A stretch of DNA of 64,000 bases from an uncultured Actinomycetes bacterium (lineage in GTDB: Bacteria > Actinomycetota > UBA4738 > HRBIN12). Under the pieces are notes generated by a model. It worked only from the letters and a program-made list of their open reading frames with translations. It did no database searches and was not told where the DNA came from. The stretch lies in NCBI GenBank assembly GCA_963704725.1, contig OY969934.1:1312001-1376000 (forward strand), read 5' to 3'. The translations under genes were made by a program, and so were the position numbers. The stretch's first letter is position 1; every line of letters starts with the position of its first letter. Of this stretch, positions 35,842 to 45,042 are shown piece after piece.

Positions 35842-36819
35842 GTGCGCTGGCTCCGTCGTGGGTGGTTCGCCCTCCCCGCGCTCGCCGTCGTGCTGTTCGC
35901 CGGCACGGTCTTCCTCCCGTACTACAGCATCGGGCCCGGCCCCGCCCGCCCCGTCGCGCCGCTGATCCGCTTCGACGGACACGCTCGGTACGAGGCCGAC
36001 GGCAACTTCGTCCTCACGTCCATCCACTTCGAGCAGCTGACCGCGTTCGGGATCGTGCGGACCTGGCTGGACCCCGACCGATCGGTGGTCTCCAGGGACT
36101 TCCTCTTCGCGCCGGGGGAGACGGCGGACGAGGAGCATCTCCGGTCGATCTCCCAGATGGACCAGAGCAAGCTGGACGCCGCCTACGTGGTCCTCGACGA
36201 GCTGACCGGCTACCCGGAGGAACACGGGGACGGCGTCGTGATCGAGGGCGTGCAGGAAGGGTGCGCGGCCGACGGCGAGCTGTTCCCGGGCGACGTCGTT
36301 CACGCCATCGACGGCACGAGGGTGACCGACGTGGCGGACGCTCGCCGGGTGATCGAGGCCGCCCCGTCGGGGCAGGAGCTCGCGTTCGACGTCACCGTGG
36401 ACGGCGAACCCGAGACCGTGTCGCTCGTCCGCGCGCCGTGCGGTGACCGCAACGAGCCGCTCGTCGGCGTCTTCATGATCGATCGCTTCCCGATCGACGT
36501 GCGGATCTCGAGCGGCGACATCGGCGGGCCGTCGGCGGGGCTGGCGTGGGCGCTCGGGCTCTACGACCTGCTCACGCCCGGGGACCTCACCGGCGGCCGC
36601 ACGATCGCCGTCACCGGCCAGGTCGGCCTGGACGGCACGATCTTCCCGATCGGCGCGCCCGACGAGAAGGTCGTCGCCGCGGCCGACGCCGGAGCGACGG
36701 TGCTGATCCTGCCGCGGGACAATCTGGCCGAGGCACGCTCGATCGGCGACCGGGGGGTGGAGCTCGTGCCGGTCGGCTCGTTCGACGAGGCGCTCGCCTA
36801 CCTGCACGGCAACGGATGA
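35842..36819 (+). CDS. Membrane-anchored PDZ/Lon-protease-domain protein (YlbL family)
   Basis: N-terminal TM, LPYY..PG, PDZ (LFPGDVV), GGPSAGL catalytic Ser, TGQV..DG..PIG...K. Confidence 0.9.
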   Translation: MRWLRRGWFALPALAVVLFAGTVFLPYYSIGPGPARPVAPLIRFDGHARYEADGNFVLTSIHFEQLTAFGIVRTWLDPDRSVVSRDFLFAPGETADEEHLRSISQMDQSKLDAAYVVLDELTGYPEEHGDGVVIEGVQEGCAADGELFPGDVVHAIDGTRVTDVADARRVIEAAPSGQELAFDVTVDGEPETVSLVRAPCGDRNEPLVGVFMIDRFPIDVRISSGDIGGPSAGLAWALGLYDLLTPGDLTGGRTIAVTGQVGLDGTIFPIGAPDEKVVAAADAGATVLILPRDNLAEARSIGDRGVELVPVGSFDEALAYLHGNG

Positions 36820-36884
36820 CGCGAGGGGCCGGTTCGGAGCGGCCGATGATAGGCTCCTCGAGTCTGCCGGAGCGATAGAGAGGC

Positions 36885-39782
36885 ATGGTCACCCGCATCC
36901 CCGCAGCGAGTTCCGGCCGCCGCCGGATCCTCATCGTCCTCGTCGCGGTGCTCGCCGCGCTGTTCATCGCGTTCACCGCGCTCTCGGGCTTCTTCGTCGA
37001 CGTCCTGTGGTTCCGCGAGGTCCATTTCTCTCAGGTGTTCTGGACGATCCTGCGCACGAAGGTCGTGCTCGGCGTGGTGTTCGGCGTCGCGTTCTTCGCC
37101 CTGCTGTACGCGAACCTGTGGATCGTCCGCCGGTTCACCCCGACGTACCGGCCCCTGACGCCCGAGCAGGAGATCATCGAGCGCTACCGCATGCAGTTCG
37201 AGCCGTACGCGTGGTGGATCCTGCCGCTGTTCGCCGTGGTCATCGCGTTCTTCGTCGGGCTCGGCGTCACGACGCAGTGGAGGACGTTCCTGCTCTGGCG
37301 CAACTCGTCCGGCATCACCTTCGGCTCGCCCGAACCGATCTTCCACCGTGATCCCGCGTTCTACGTGTTCTCCCTGCCGTGGCTGCGGTTCGTCCAGGGG
37401 TGGCTGTTCTCGGCGCTCGTCGGCGTCCTGCTCATCACGGCGCTCGCCCACTACCTGTGGGGCGGCATCCGGCCGAACGCGCCCGGCTTGGGCGACAAGG
37501 TGACGCCGCAGGTCAAGGCGCACCTGTCGGTGCTCCTCGGCGTGATCATCCTGGTGAAGGCTTGGGGGTACTACCTCGGGCAGTTCGACCTGCTGACCTC
37601 CACGCGCGGCGTGGTCTTCGGTGCGTCCTACACGGACGTCAACGCGCAGCGACCGGCGCTGCGGATCCTCGTGTTCATCGCGATCGCGTGCGCCATCCTG
37701 TTCCTGGTCAACATCCGCTTGCGGGGGTGGGCCCTTCCGGTCATCGCCGTCGGCCTCCTCGCGCTGGTCTCGGTGATCGCGGGGGGCGCCGTGCCGGCGG
37801 CCGTGCAGCGGTTCTCCGTCGCGCCGCAGGAGTTCCAGAAGGAGCGCCCCTACATCGGGTACAACATCCGAGCGACGCGGGCGGCGTTCGGGTTGGAGGA
37901 TATCGCCCCCATCTCGCATCCGCTCACCCCCAGCATCACCGCGGACGACATCCAGAACAACGACGCCACGATCTCGAACGTCCGCCTGTGGCGCCCCGAC
38001 ATCCTCGAGGCCAACTACTCGTCGCTGCAGAAGCTGCGCGCCTACTACGCGTTCAACGACATCGACGTCGACCGGTACACGCTCGAGGGCGAGCCGCGCG
38101 TGGTGATGATCTCGGCTCGAGAGGTGAGCCAGGCCGACATCCCGGAGGGCGGCCGGACGTGGCAGAACGAGCACCTCGTCTACACGCACGGGTTCGGCGC
38201 CGTCGCCTCGCAGGTGAACACGGCCACGACGGAGGGGCAGCCGGTCTTCACGCTGAGGGACATCCCGCCGCAGGGAGACCCGCCGCTCGAGGGCAACGGC
38301 CAGCGCATCTACTACGGGGAGGGCGCGGCGGGCAACGTCCCGTTCGTGCTGGTCAACACCGGCACGAGGGAGCTCGACTATCAGGGGACGGCCGGCAACG
38401 ACCAACAGTTCGTCAACTCACCCCAGTACACGGGCGACGGGGGCATCCCGGTCGGCGGCCTGTTCCAGCGCGCGCTCTTCGCGTGGCGCTTCCGGGACGT
38501 GAACCTGCTGATCTCGGGGCTCGTGCAGGGCGACAGCCGGATCATGATCTACCGGGACATCGCCGAGCGGGTCCCCAAGGCCGCGCCCTTCCTCCAGTTC
38601 GACGGGGATCCGTACTCGGCGGTCGTGGACGGCCGCCTCGTGTGGATCTGGGACGCCTACACGGCGACCGACCAGTACCCGTACTCGGAGCCGGTCGATC
38701 TCGAGGACGTGACGACGCCCGGTCTGGCCGGCGCGCCCAGCCTCTCGGGGAGCGCCAACTACCTCCGCAACTCGGTGAAGGTCGTCGTGGACGCGTACTC
38801 GGGCGCGATGACGTACTACGTGCGGGACGACACCGACCCCATCATCCAGGTCTGGGAGCGCGTCTTCCCCGACCTGTTCACGAAGATCGAGGAGGCGCCC
38901 GCGGACCTGCAGGCGCACTTCCGCTACCCCGAGAACCTGTTCCAGGTGCAGGCGGAGCGATACACGAACTACCACGTCACCGACTCGAACGTCTTCTACC
39001 GCAAGGCGGACTTCTGGGCGCTGCCCGAGGATCCCACCGTCCCCGCCGCCTCCGAGGGCGCCCGCGAGATGCGGCCCTACTACGTGCTCATGAAGCTCCC
39101 CGGCGAGACCGACGAGACGTTCTCGCTCATCCTGCCGTTCACGCCGCAGGGCCGGCAGAACCTCGTCGCGTGGATGGCGGCCAAGTCCGACCCGGAGGAC
39201 TACGGCAAGATCGTCACGTTCCAGTTCCCGTCGGGACAGAACGTCGACGGCCCCACGCAGGTCTTCTCCCGGCTCAACCAGGACGCGCGCTTCTCCGAAC
39301 AGCGGACGCTCCTGGGCCAGACCGGGTCGACGATCCGGTTCGGCGACTTCCTCGTGATCCCCATCCAGGATTCGCTGCTCTACGTCCAGCCGGTCTACGT
39401 GCAATCGGACCAGACGAACGCGATCCCCGAGCTGCGGTTCGTCCTCGTGGCCAACGGCGCCCGGATCGGGATCGGCAGCACGCTCCTGGAAGCCCTGTCC
39501 GATTCCGTGGGCGGCGCCCCGCCCAGCGACGGCGGGGAGGAGCAGCCCCCGCCGACCGGGACCGTCGACGAGCAGGTGGCGTCGCTCCTGCAGCAGGCGG
39601 CCGAGCATTTCGCCGCGGCCGACGAGGCCCTGACGCAGGGCAACCTCGCGCGCTACCAGTCCGAGATCGAGGCCGCGAAGGCGGCGATCCAGCAGGCGGC
39701 GGACCTGCTCGGGGTGGCGAGCTCGCCGAGCCCGTCGCCGAGCGCCAGCCCGTCGCCGAGCGCCAGCCCCTCGGCCGGCTGA
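36885..39782 (+). CDS. UPF0182 membrane protein
   Basis: DVLWFRE, FYVFSLP, GASYTDVNA, DVDRY, HLVYTHGFG, NYLRNSVK, HFRYPE, LLYVQPVY. Confidence 0.95.
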   Translation: MVTRIPAASSGRRRILIVLVAVLAALFIAFTALSGFFVDVLWFREVHFSQVFWTILRTKVVLGVVFGVAFFALLYANLWIVRRFTPTYRPLTPEQEIIERYRMQFEPYAWWILPLFAVVIAFFVGLGVTTQWRTFLLWRNSSGITFGSPEPIFHRDPAFYVFSLPWLRFVQGWLFSALVGVLLITALAHYLWGGIRPNAPGLGDKVTPQVKAHLSVLLGVIILVKAWGYYLGQFDLLTSTRGVVFGASYTDVNAQRPALRILVFIAIACAILFLVNIRLRGWALPVIAVGLLALVSVIAGGAVPAAVQRFSVAPQEFQKERPYIGYNIRATRAAFGLEDIAPISHPLTPSITADDIQNNDATISNVRLWRPDILEANYSSLQKLRAYYAFNDIDVDRYTLEGEPRVVMISAREVSQADIPEGGRTWQNEHLVYTHGFGAVASQVNTATTEGQPVFTLRDIPPQGDPPLEGNGQRIYYGEGAAGNVPFVLVNTGTRELDYQGTAGNDQQFVNSPQYTGDGGIPVGGLFQRALFAWRFRDVNLLISGLVQGDSRIMIYRDIAERVPKAAPFLQFDGDPYSAVVDGRLVWIWDAYTATDQYPYSEPVDLEDVTTPGLAGAPSLSGSANYLRNSVKVVVDAYSGAMTYYVRDDTDPIIQVWERVFPDLFTKIEEAPADLQAHFRYPENLFQVQAERYTNYHVTDSNVFYRKADFWALPEDPTVPAASEGAREMRPYYVLMKLPGETDETFSLILPFTPQGRQNLVAWMAAKSDPEDYGKIVTFQFPSGQNVDGPTQVFSRLNQDARFSEQRTLLGQTGSTIRFGDFLVIPIQDSLLYVQPVYVQSDQTNAIPELRFVLVANGARIGIGSTLLEALSDSVGGAPPSDGGEEQPPPTGTVDEQVASLLQQAAEHFAAADEALTQGNLARYQSEIEAAKAAIQQAADLLGVASSPSPSPSASPSPSASPSAG
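39720..39776 (+). repeat. Coding tandem repeat for the Ser/Pro tail of UPF0182
   Basis: AGCCCGTCGCCGAGCGCC repeated, encoding SPSPSA. Confidence 0.7.
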
Positions 39783-39883
39783 GGCCTGCGGCCGATCGGC
39801 ACGGCCGGCCGGAGTCCTTCGGCCCCCGGGCGGTCGCGCGCCCCTTCCTACCCTGAGCCCATCCGCTCCGCAGGGAGGCGACG

Positions 39884-41536
39884 ATGGCCGGCGTCCCGCC
39901 GAACATGTCCGACTACGAGGAGACCCGCCGGACCTTCCGGCTGGAGGTTCCCGAACGGTTCAACTACGCCCGCGACGTGCTCGACGCGCGGGCGGAGGCC
40001 ACGCCGGACGCGCTCGCGCTGCTCGCCGCCGGACCGCAGGGCGAGGTCGCGTCGCGCCACACCTTCTCCGATCTCGCTCGAGCGTCGCGGCGTGCGGCGA
40101 ACGCGCTCGCGGCGCACGGCGTGAGCAAGGGCGATCCGGTGTTCGTGATGCTGCCGAGGATCCCCGAGTGGCACGTGGCGCTGCTCGCGTGCATCCGGCT
40201 CGGCGCGATCCCCATGCCGGGGACGGGGCTGCTGACGTCACGCGACATCGCCTACCGCATCGGCGCCGCCGAGGCCGTCGCCGCGATCACCGACGCGGAG
40301 GGTGCGGCCAAGGTCGAGGGGATCCGAGCGGACAGTCCGACCCTGAAGTCGGCGATCTGCGTGGGCGGCGGCCGACCGAACGGCGCATGGCTCGACTGGG
40401 CCGAGCTCGTCGAGCGCGCGTCGGACGCCGAGCCGGACGCGGAGCCGACGCGCTCGGACGACCCGATGATCGCCTACTTCACGTCCGGCACGACCGGCTA
40501 CCCGAAGATGGTGCTCCACACCCAGGCCTCGTACGGCATCGGCCACGAGATCACGGCGCGGTTCTGGCAGGACCTGCACCCCGGGGACCTGCACTGGACG
40601 TTCTCGGACACCGGATGGGCCAAGGCGGCGTGGGGTCTGCTGTTCGGGCAGTGGCGGCTCGGCGCCGCCGTGTTCCTGTGGGACCAGCGCGGCAAGCCCG
40701 ACTTCGACCGGATGCTCTCGCTGATCGGCGAGCACCGCATCACCACGTTCTGCGGGCCCCCCACGGTGTTCCGCTCGGTGGTGCTCGGCGACCTGAGCCG
40801 GTTCGACTGGTCGTCGCTGCGTCACGTGGTCTCGGCCGGCGAGCCGCTGAACCCCGAGGTGATGCGGCAGTGGCGCGAGCCGACGGGCATGCAGATCCAC
40901 GACGGCTACGGGCAGACGGAGACGGTGAACCTCGCGGCGAACTTCCGGTGCCTGCCGATCCGCGAGGGATCGATGGGCAAGGCGACGCCGGGATTCGACC
41001 TGCGGGTCGTCGACGATCTCGGCAACGAGCTGGCGCCCGGGGAGACCGGCCACATCGGTGTCCGCGTGGCGCCCGAGCGGCCCGTGGGGCTGTTCCGCGA
41101 GTACTGGCGCGATCCCGAGGCCACCGCCAACAGCCGGATCGGCGACTTCTACGACACCGGCGACCTGGCGTGGGCGGACGAGGACGGCTACCTGTGGTTC
41201 GTGGGGCGCGCCGACGACGTGATCACCTCGAGCGCGTACCGCATCGGGCCGTTCGAGGTGGAGTCCGCGCTCGTCGAGCACCGGGCCGTGGCCGAGGCCG
41301 CGGTGGTGGGCAAGCCGGACAAGCTCCGCGGCGAGATCGTGAAGGCGTTCGTCGCGCTGAAGCCCGGCTTCGAGCCGGGTGACGAGCTCGCGCGCGAGCT
41401 GCAGGGGCACGTGAAGCGACTCACGGCCCCGTACAAGTACCCGCGCGAGATCGAGTTCGTCGACGAGTTGCCGAAGACCGTGAGCGGCAAGATCCGGCGC
41501 GTCGAGCTCCGCGAGCGCGAACGCCGTCGCGCCTGA
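39884..41536 (+). CDS. Acyl-CoA synthetase (medium-chain ACSM-like)
   Basis: YFTSGTTGYPK, DTGWAK, SAGEPLN, YGQTET, GRADD, YRIGPFEVES, PKTVSGKI. Confidence 0.93.
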   Translation: MAGVPPNMSDYEETRRTFRLEVPERFNYARDVLDARAEATPDALALLAAGPQGEVASRHTFSDLARASRRAANALAAHGVSKGDPVFVMLPRIPEWHVALLACIRLGAIPMPGTGLLTSRDIAYRIGAAEAVAAITDAEGAAKVEGIRADSPTLKSAICVGGGRPNGAWLDWAELVERASDAEPDAEPTRSDDPMIAYFTSGTTGYPKMVLHTQASYGIGHEITARFWQDLHPGDLHWTFSDTGWAKAAWGLLFGQWRLGAAVFLWDQRGKPDFDRMLSLIGEHRITTFCGPPTVFRSVVLGDLSRFDWSSLRHVVSAGEPLNPEVMRQWREPTGMQIHDGYGQTETVNLAANFRCLPIREGSMGKATPGFDLRVVDDLGNELAPGETGHIGVRVAPERPVGLFREYWRDPEATANSRIGDFYDTGDLAWADEDGYLWFVGRADDVITSSAYRIGPFEVESALVEHRAVAEAAVVGKPDKLRGEIVKAFVALKPGFEPGDELARELQGHVKRLTAPYKYPREIEFVDELPKTVSGKIRRVELRERERRRA

Positions 41537-41621
41537 ATCCGGGAACCCCTCCGCGACCCGCAGCCGTCGAAGCCCGATCACGGCCCCCGACGGGACGGGG
41601 TCGAGAGCGGAGGAGGGACCG

Positions 41622-42688
41622 ATGCTCCGACGAACGCTCCTGGTCGCCGCCCTGACCGGCCTGTCGCTGCTCGTGGCCGGCCCCGCGCTCGCGTGCGGCG
41701 GGCTCGTGAACGCGAACGGCAGCGTCTCGCTCGTCCGCACGACGACGCTGGCCGCGTACCACCAGGGTGTCGAGCACTACGTGACCTCGTTCGAGTTCGC
41801 CGGCGGCACGGGCGAGTTCGGCTCGATCATCCCGCTGCCCGGCGTGCCGTCGAAGGTGATCCGCGGTGGCGATTGGACGCTGCAGCGCCTGGTGCAGGAG
41901 ACCCAGCCGGAGCTCCGTGCGGTCGCCGAGCTGGCGGCGCCGGCGGCGGGGGACGCGAGCGTGATCCTGCGGACGCAGATCGATGCGCTCGACGTCGTCG
42001 TGCTGGAGGGCGGCGGCACGGCCGTCGGCACCTGGGCCAGCGAGCACGGCTTCTTCCTCCCGCCCGACGCGCCGGAGGTGCTCGACTTCTACGCCGAGCG
42101 CAGCCCCATCTTCATGGCCGTGCGGTTCGACGCGAGCCGGGCGGCGGACCTCGGGCTCGAGACGGGTGACGGAACGCCCGTGCACGTCGTGATCCCGACC
42201 ACGAACCCGTGGGTGCCGCTGCGGATCCTCGGCCTCGGCGCGGGCGCCGAGGCGCCGGTCGAGGCCGACGTCTTCCTGCTGACCGATCGGACGCCCGCCC
42301 TGCTCCCCGCGCCGGCCGAGAGGCGCCCGCCGGCGCCGGGCCCGTCGCGCCCGGCCTGGTGCTCGAGCGCAGCGAGCCCGCGTCGAGCGGGCTCATGACG
42401 GACCTCCGATCCGACAGGGGCATGAGCTGGATGCCGAACGACGGGATGTGGCTGTCCTACCTGCGGGTGGACACGACCGCAGGCGATCTGACGTACGACC
42501 TCGCCGTCGATGCGACCGGCGCGGGCCACCCGTCGCCGGTGGCCGCGGGCCTTCCGGCCGACACGGTGAGCGGTATCGACGCCGGCCGCTGGACGACCGC
42601 CGCGCTATGGGCGGCTGTGGCCCTGGTGGCTGCGATCGGGGCGGCGGTCGCGTTCGGGCGCGGGCGCGCCGGTCGCCCGGCGCTGTGA
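41622..42688 (+). pseudogene. DUF2330-like exported, membrane-anchored protein split by a single frameshift near 42320 (pseudogene or sequencing error)
   Basis: Signal peptide ending ALACGG, WVPLRILGLG in one frame; LERSEPA..DLRSDRGMSW and a C-terminal TM continue in the -1 frame. Confidence 0.65.
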
Positions 42689-43089
42689 CGGCGCCCCGGC
42701 TCGCGGCGGCGACCGTGCTCGCCATGCTGGCCTGGGGCGGCCCTGCAACGAGCGCCCCCGACGCCACGCCCACCGTGCACGTCGGGATCCACTACTCGAG
42801 CTTCGAGCCGTCGGCGTTCGCGTTCGCGCCGGGGGACACCGTGACGTTCGTGGTCGAGAACGTCGATCCGATCGACCACGAGTTCATCATCGGTGACCGC
42901 GGGGTCCAGCTCGCGCACGAACGGGGGACGGAGTCCTACCATCCGCCGCGCCCCGGCGAGATGACGATCCCGGCCGGCGAGACGAGGACCACGACGTACA
43001 CGTTCGACGACCCCGGGCGGCTGATCTTCGGCTGCCATCTCCCCGGCCACTACGCGTACGGGATGCGAGGCACGATCGCCGTCGCCTGA
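42685..43089 (+). CDS. Exported cupredoxin (blue copper) protein
   Basis: Signal peptide, IDHEF and CHLPGHYAYGM type-1 copper ligands; GTGA overlap. Confidence 0.88.
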   Translation: MTAPRLAAATVLAMLAWGGPATSAPDATPTVHVGIHYSSFEPSAFAFAPGDTVTFVVENVDPIDHEFIIGDRGVQLAHERGTESYHPPRPGEMTIPAGETRTTTYTFDDPGRLIFGCHLPGHYAYGMRGTIAVA

Positions 43090-43096
43090 TCCGGGC

Positions 43097-43126
43097 TTGG
43101 CGCAGGCGGAGAGGGCTCTGTATCAT
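43097..43126 (+). promoter_or_regulatory. Promoter of tRNA-fMet
   Basis: TTGGCG - 18 nt - TATCAT ending 5 nt before the tRNA. Confidence 0.65.
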
Positions 43127-43131
43127 CGACC

Positions 43132-43205
43132 TGCGGGGTGGAGCAGTCCGGTAGCTCGCTGGGCTCATAACCCAGAGGTCACGGGTTCAAATCCCGTCCC
43201 CGCGA
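43132..43205 (+). tRNA. tRNA-fMet (initiator, anticodon CAT), CCA not encoded
   Basis: Cloverleaf: TGCGGGG/CCCCGCG acceptor, GAGC/GCTC D-stem (A11:U24), CTGGG-CTCATAA-CCCAG with three G:C pairs, ACGGG-TTCAAAT-CCCGT. Confidence 0.97.
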
Positions 43206-43210
43206 CGAAG

Positions 43211-43239
43211 GAAGCCGCAGGCCGACGGCCTGCGGCTTC
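43211..43239 (+). terminator. 13-bp stem-loop after the tRNA
   Basis: GAAGCCGCAGGCC-gac-GGCCTGCGGCTTC; no U-tract. Confidence 0.7.
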
Positions 43240-43291
43240 GTCGTCCCGCCAGCGGGTCCGACGCAGGAACGGGACGTTCTCGGGGGCGGGG

Positions 43292-44089
43292 ATGGAGCAG
43301 CTGAGGTTCGGGACGTATCTGGCGCCGAGCGTCCTTCCCGTGTACGAGGCGATCACCGAGGCGGTCGGGAGGCGGCTCGGCGTGCGCACCGAGCTCGTCG
43401 TCGAGACCTCGTACGAGAGCTGCGAGCGCGACGAGAACGAGGTCTGCTTCGTGTGCAGCCTCCCGTACGTGACCTTCGAGCGGCGCGGCCTCGATCTCGC
43501 CGTCCCCGTCGCCGCGCCGGTGCTCCAGGGCGAGCGGTACGGAGGGCGGCCGATCTACTTCTCCGACGTCATCGTTCCGCGCGACAGCCCCGTTCGCTCG
43601 TTCCTGGATCTGCGAGGGCGGTCGTGGGCGTACAACGAACCGCTCTCGCACTCGGGGTACGGCGTGACGCGCCATCACCTGGTGTCTCTCGGCGAGACCG
43701 ACGGGTTCTTCGGCCGGGTGGTCGAGGCGGGCTTCCACCAGGAGGCCGTCCGCATGGTGGCCCGGGGTGAGGCGGACGGGTCGGCGATCGACTCCCAGGT
43801 GCTGGCGATCGAATGCCGCGACCACCCCGAGCTCGCCGAGCAGGTGCGGGTGGTGGCGTCGCTCGGGCCCTCGACGATCCAGCCCGTGGCGGTGTCCCGG
43901 CGGGTCCCGGACGACCTCCGGGAGGCGATCCGCGACGTCCTCGTGACCATGGCCGACGACCCCGCCGATCGCGAGCGTCTCGCGCTCGGCCTGATCGATC
44001 GGTTCGTCCCCGTGGGTCCGGAGTCCTACGACGACATCAGGATGATGCTGGACGCCTGCGAGCGGGCCGGCTTCATGGAGCTCCGCTGA
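43292..44089 (+). CDS. PhnD/phosphonate-binding-family protein without signal peptide
   Basis: VCSLPY, YFSDVIV, DLRGR..YNEPLSHSGY, GFH..VARGEAD..AIDS. Confidence 0.8.
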   Translation: MEQLRFGTYLAPSVLPVYEAITEAVGRRLGVRTELVVETSYESCERDENEVCFVCSLPYVTFERRGLDLAVPVAAPVLQGERYGGRPIYFSDVIVPRDSPVRSFLDLRGRSWAYNEPLSHSGYGVTRHHLVSLGETDGFFGRVVEAGFHQEAVRMVARGEADGSAIDSQVLAIECRDHPELAEQVRVVASLGPSTIQPVAVSRRVPDDLREAIRDVLVTMADDPADRERLALGLIDRFVPVGPESYDDIRMMLDACERAGFMELR

Positions 44090-44168
44090 GAGACGGAGAC
44101 CACGTCGGAACACCTACCCGTAGCTCTCCGGGAGATGGGCGCAGCGAACGCCGGGCTCTCGAGGTCGG

Positions 44169-44966
44169 TCAGGCCCCCAGGCTGCCGCAGGTGACGTCCA
44201 TGGCGCTCGCGGTCATGGCGCTCGCCAGATCCGACGCGAGGAACGCGGCGGCGTTCGCCACGTCCGCCAGCGCCGTCATGCGACCCAGCATCGTCTTGGC
44301 CGTGAGCCAGGCGACGAGCTGCTCGCGCGACATGCTTCCCGTCCCGGTGCCGTAGTCGGGGAACTCGTCGCCGTGGAGGGCCTCCGGGAGGCCGGTCGTG
44401 CGCAGCCAGGTGACGCGGATGCCGTGGGGCCCGAGCTCGGACGCCAGCTGCCGGCACAGGCTCTCGATCGCGTCGAACGTCACGCCCGTCCCGCCGACGT
44501 TCGGGATGACGTGACGGGCGGTGGTCGCCGTGACGGCCATGATCACGCCGGATCGTCGGGGGATCATGTGCCGCGCGGCCGCCCGCCCCGTCAGGAACTG
44601 CGCCCGCATCGCGATCGTGATCGGCCGGGCGAAGTCCTCGTACGACATCTCGATGAGCGGTGGCCCGTGGACGTCTCCATGGCCGATCGCGTTGAACGAG
44701 ACGTCGATGCGCCCGGCCCGGTCGGCCACGTCGTCCGCGTGCTCCTCGACCGCCCGCTCGTCCAAGGCGTCGACCCGAGCCACCTCCGCCGCGCCCCCCG
44801 CGGCCGAGATCTCGGCGGCCACCTCCTCGAGCGACGCCGGCGTTCGGCCGGCGAGGAACACTCTGGCTCCCTCCCGGGCGAAGCCCCGGGCCACGGCGCC
44901 CCCCACGAACCCTCCGGCGCCGTAGACCACCGCGACCCTGTCCTCGAGCAGCATGACCGCCTCCAT
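44169..44966 (-). CDS. SDR-family oxidoreductase (atypical)
   Basis: VYGAGGFVG Rossmann start, IDVSFNA, ELGPHGIRV, AAFLASD; no classical YxxxK. Confidence 0.88.
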   Translation of the reverse strand: MEAVMLLEDRVAVVYGAGGFVGGAVARGFAREGARVFLAGRTPASLEEVAAEISAAGGAAEVARVDALDERAVEEHADDVADRAGRIDVSFNAIGHGDVHGPPLIEMSYEDFARPITIAMRAQFLTGRAAARHMIPRRSGVIMAVTATTARHVIPNVGGTGVTFDAIESLCRQLASELGPHGIRVTWLRTTGLPEALHGDEFPDYGTGTGSMSREQLVAWLTAKTMLGRMTALADVANAAAFLASDLASAMTASAMDVTCGSLGA

Positions 44967-45042
44967 CTCTCCACGTTGTCGATATGCGAGCGCAGCTTAG
45001 GGTCCGCCGGGGGCCCGGGACGCGCTACATTGCCGACGGCAC

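Noticed and set aside
39720-39776. Tandem repeats as a possible CRISPR or VNTR (also the Thr/Gly run near 29700-29770)
   Set aside because: Short in-frame repeats encoding low-complexity linkers; no spacers and no cas genes.
43097-43291. N-terminal extension of the PhnD-like ORF from TTG 43097
   Set aside because: It reads through the tRNA gene and its promoter; ATG 43292 is the plausible start.
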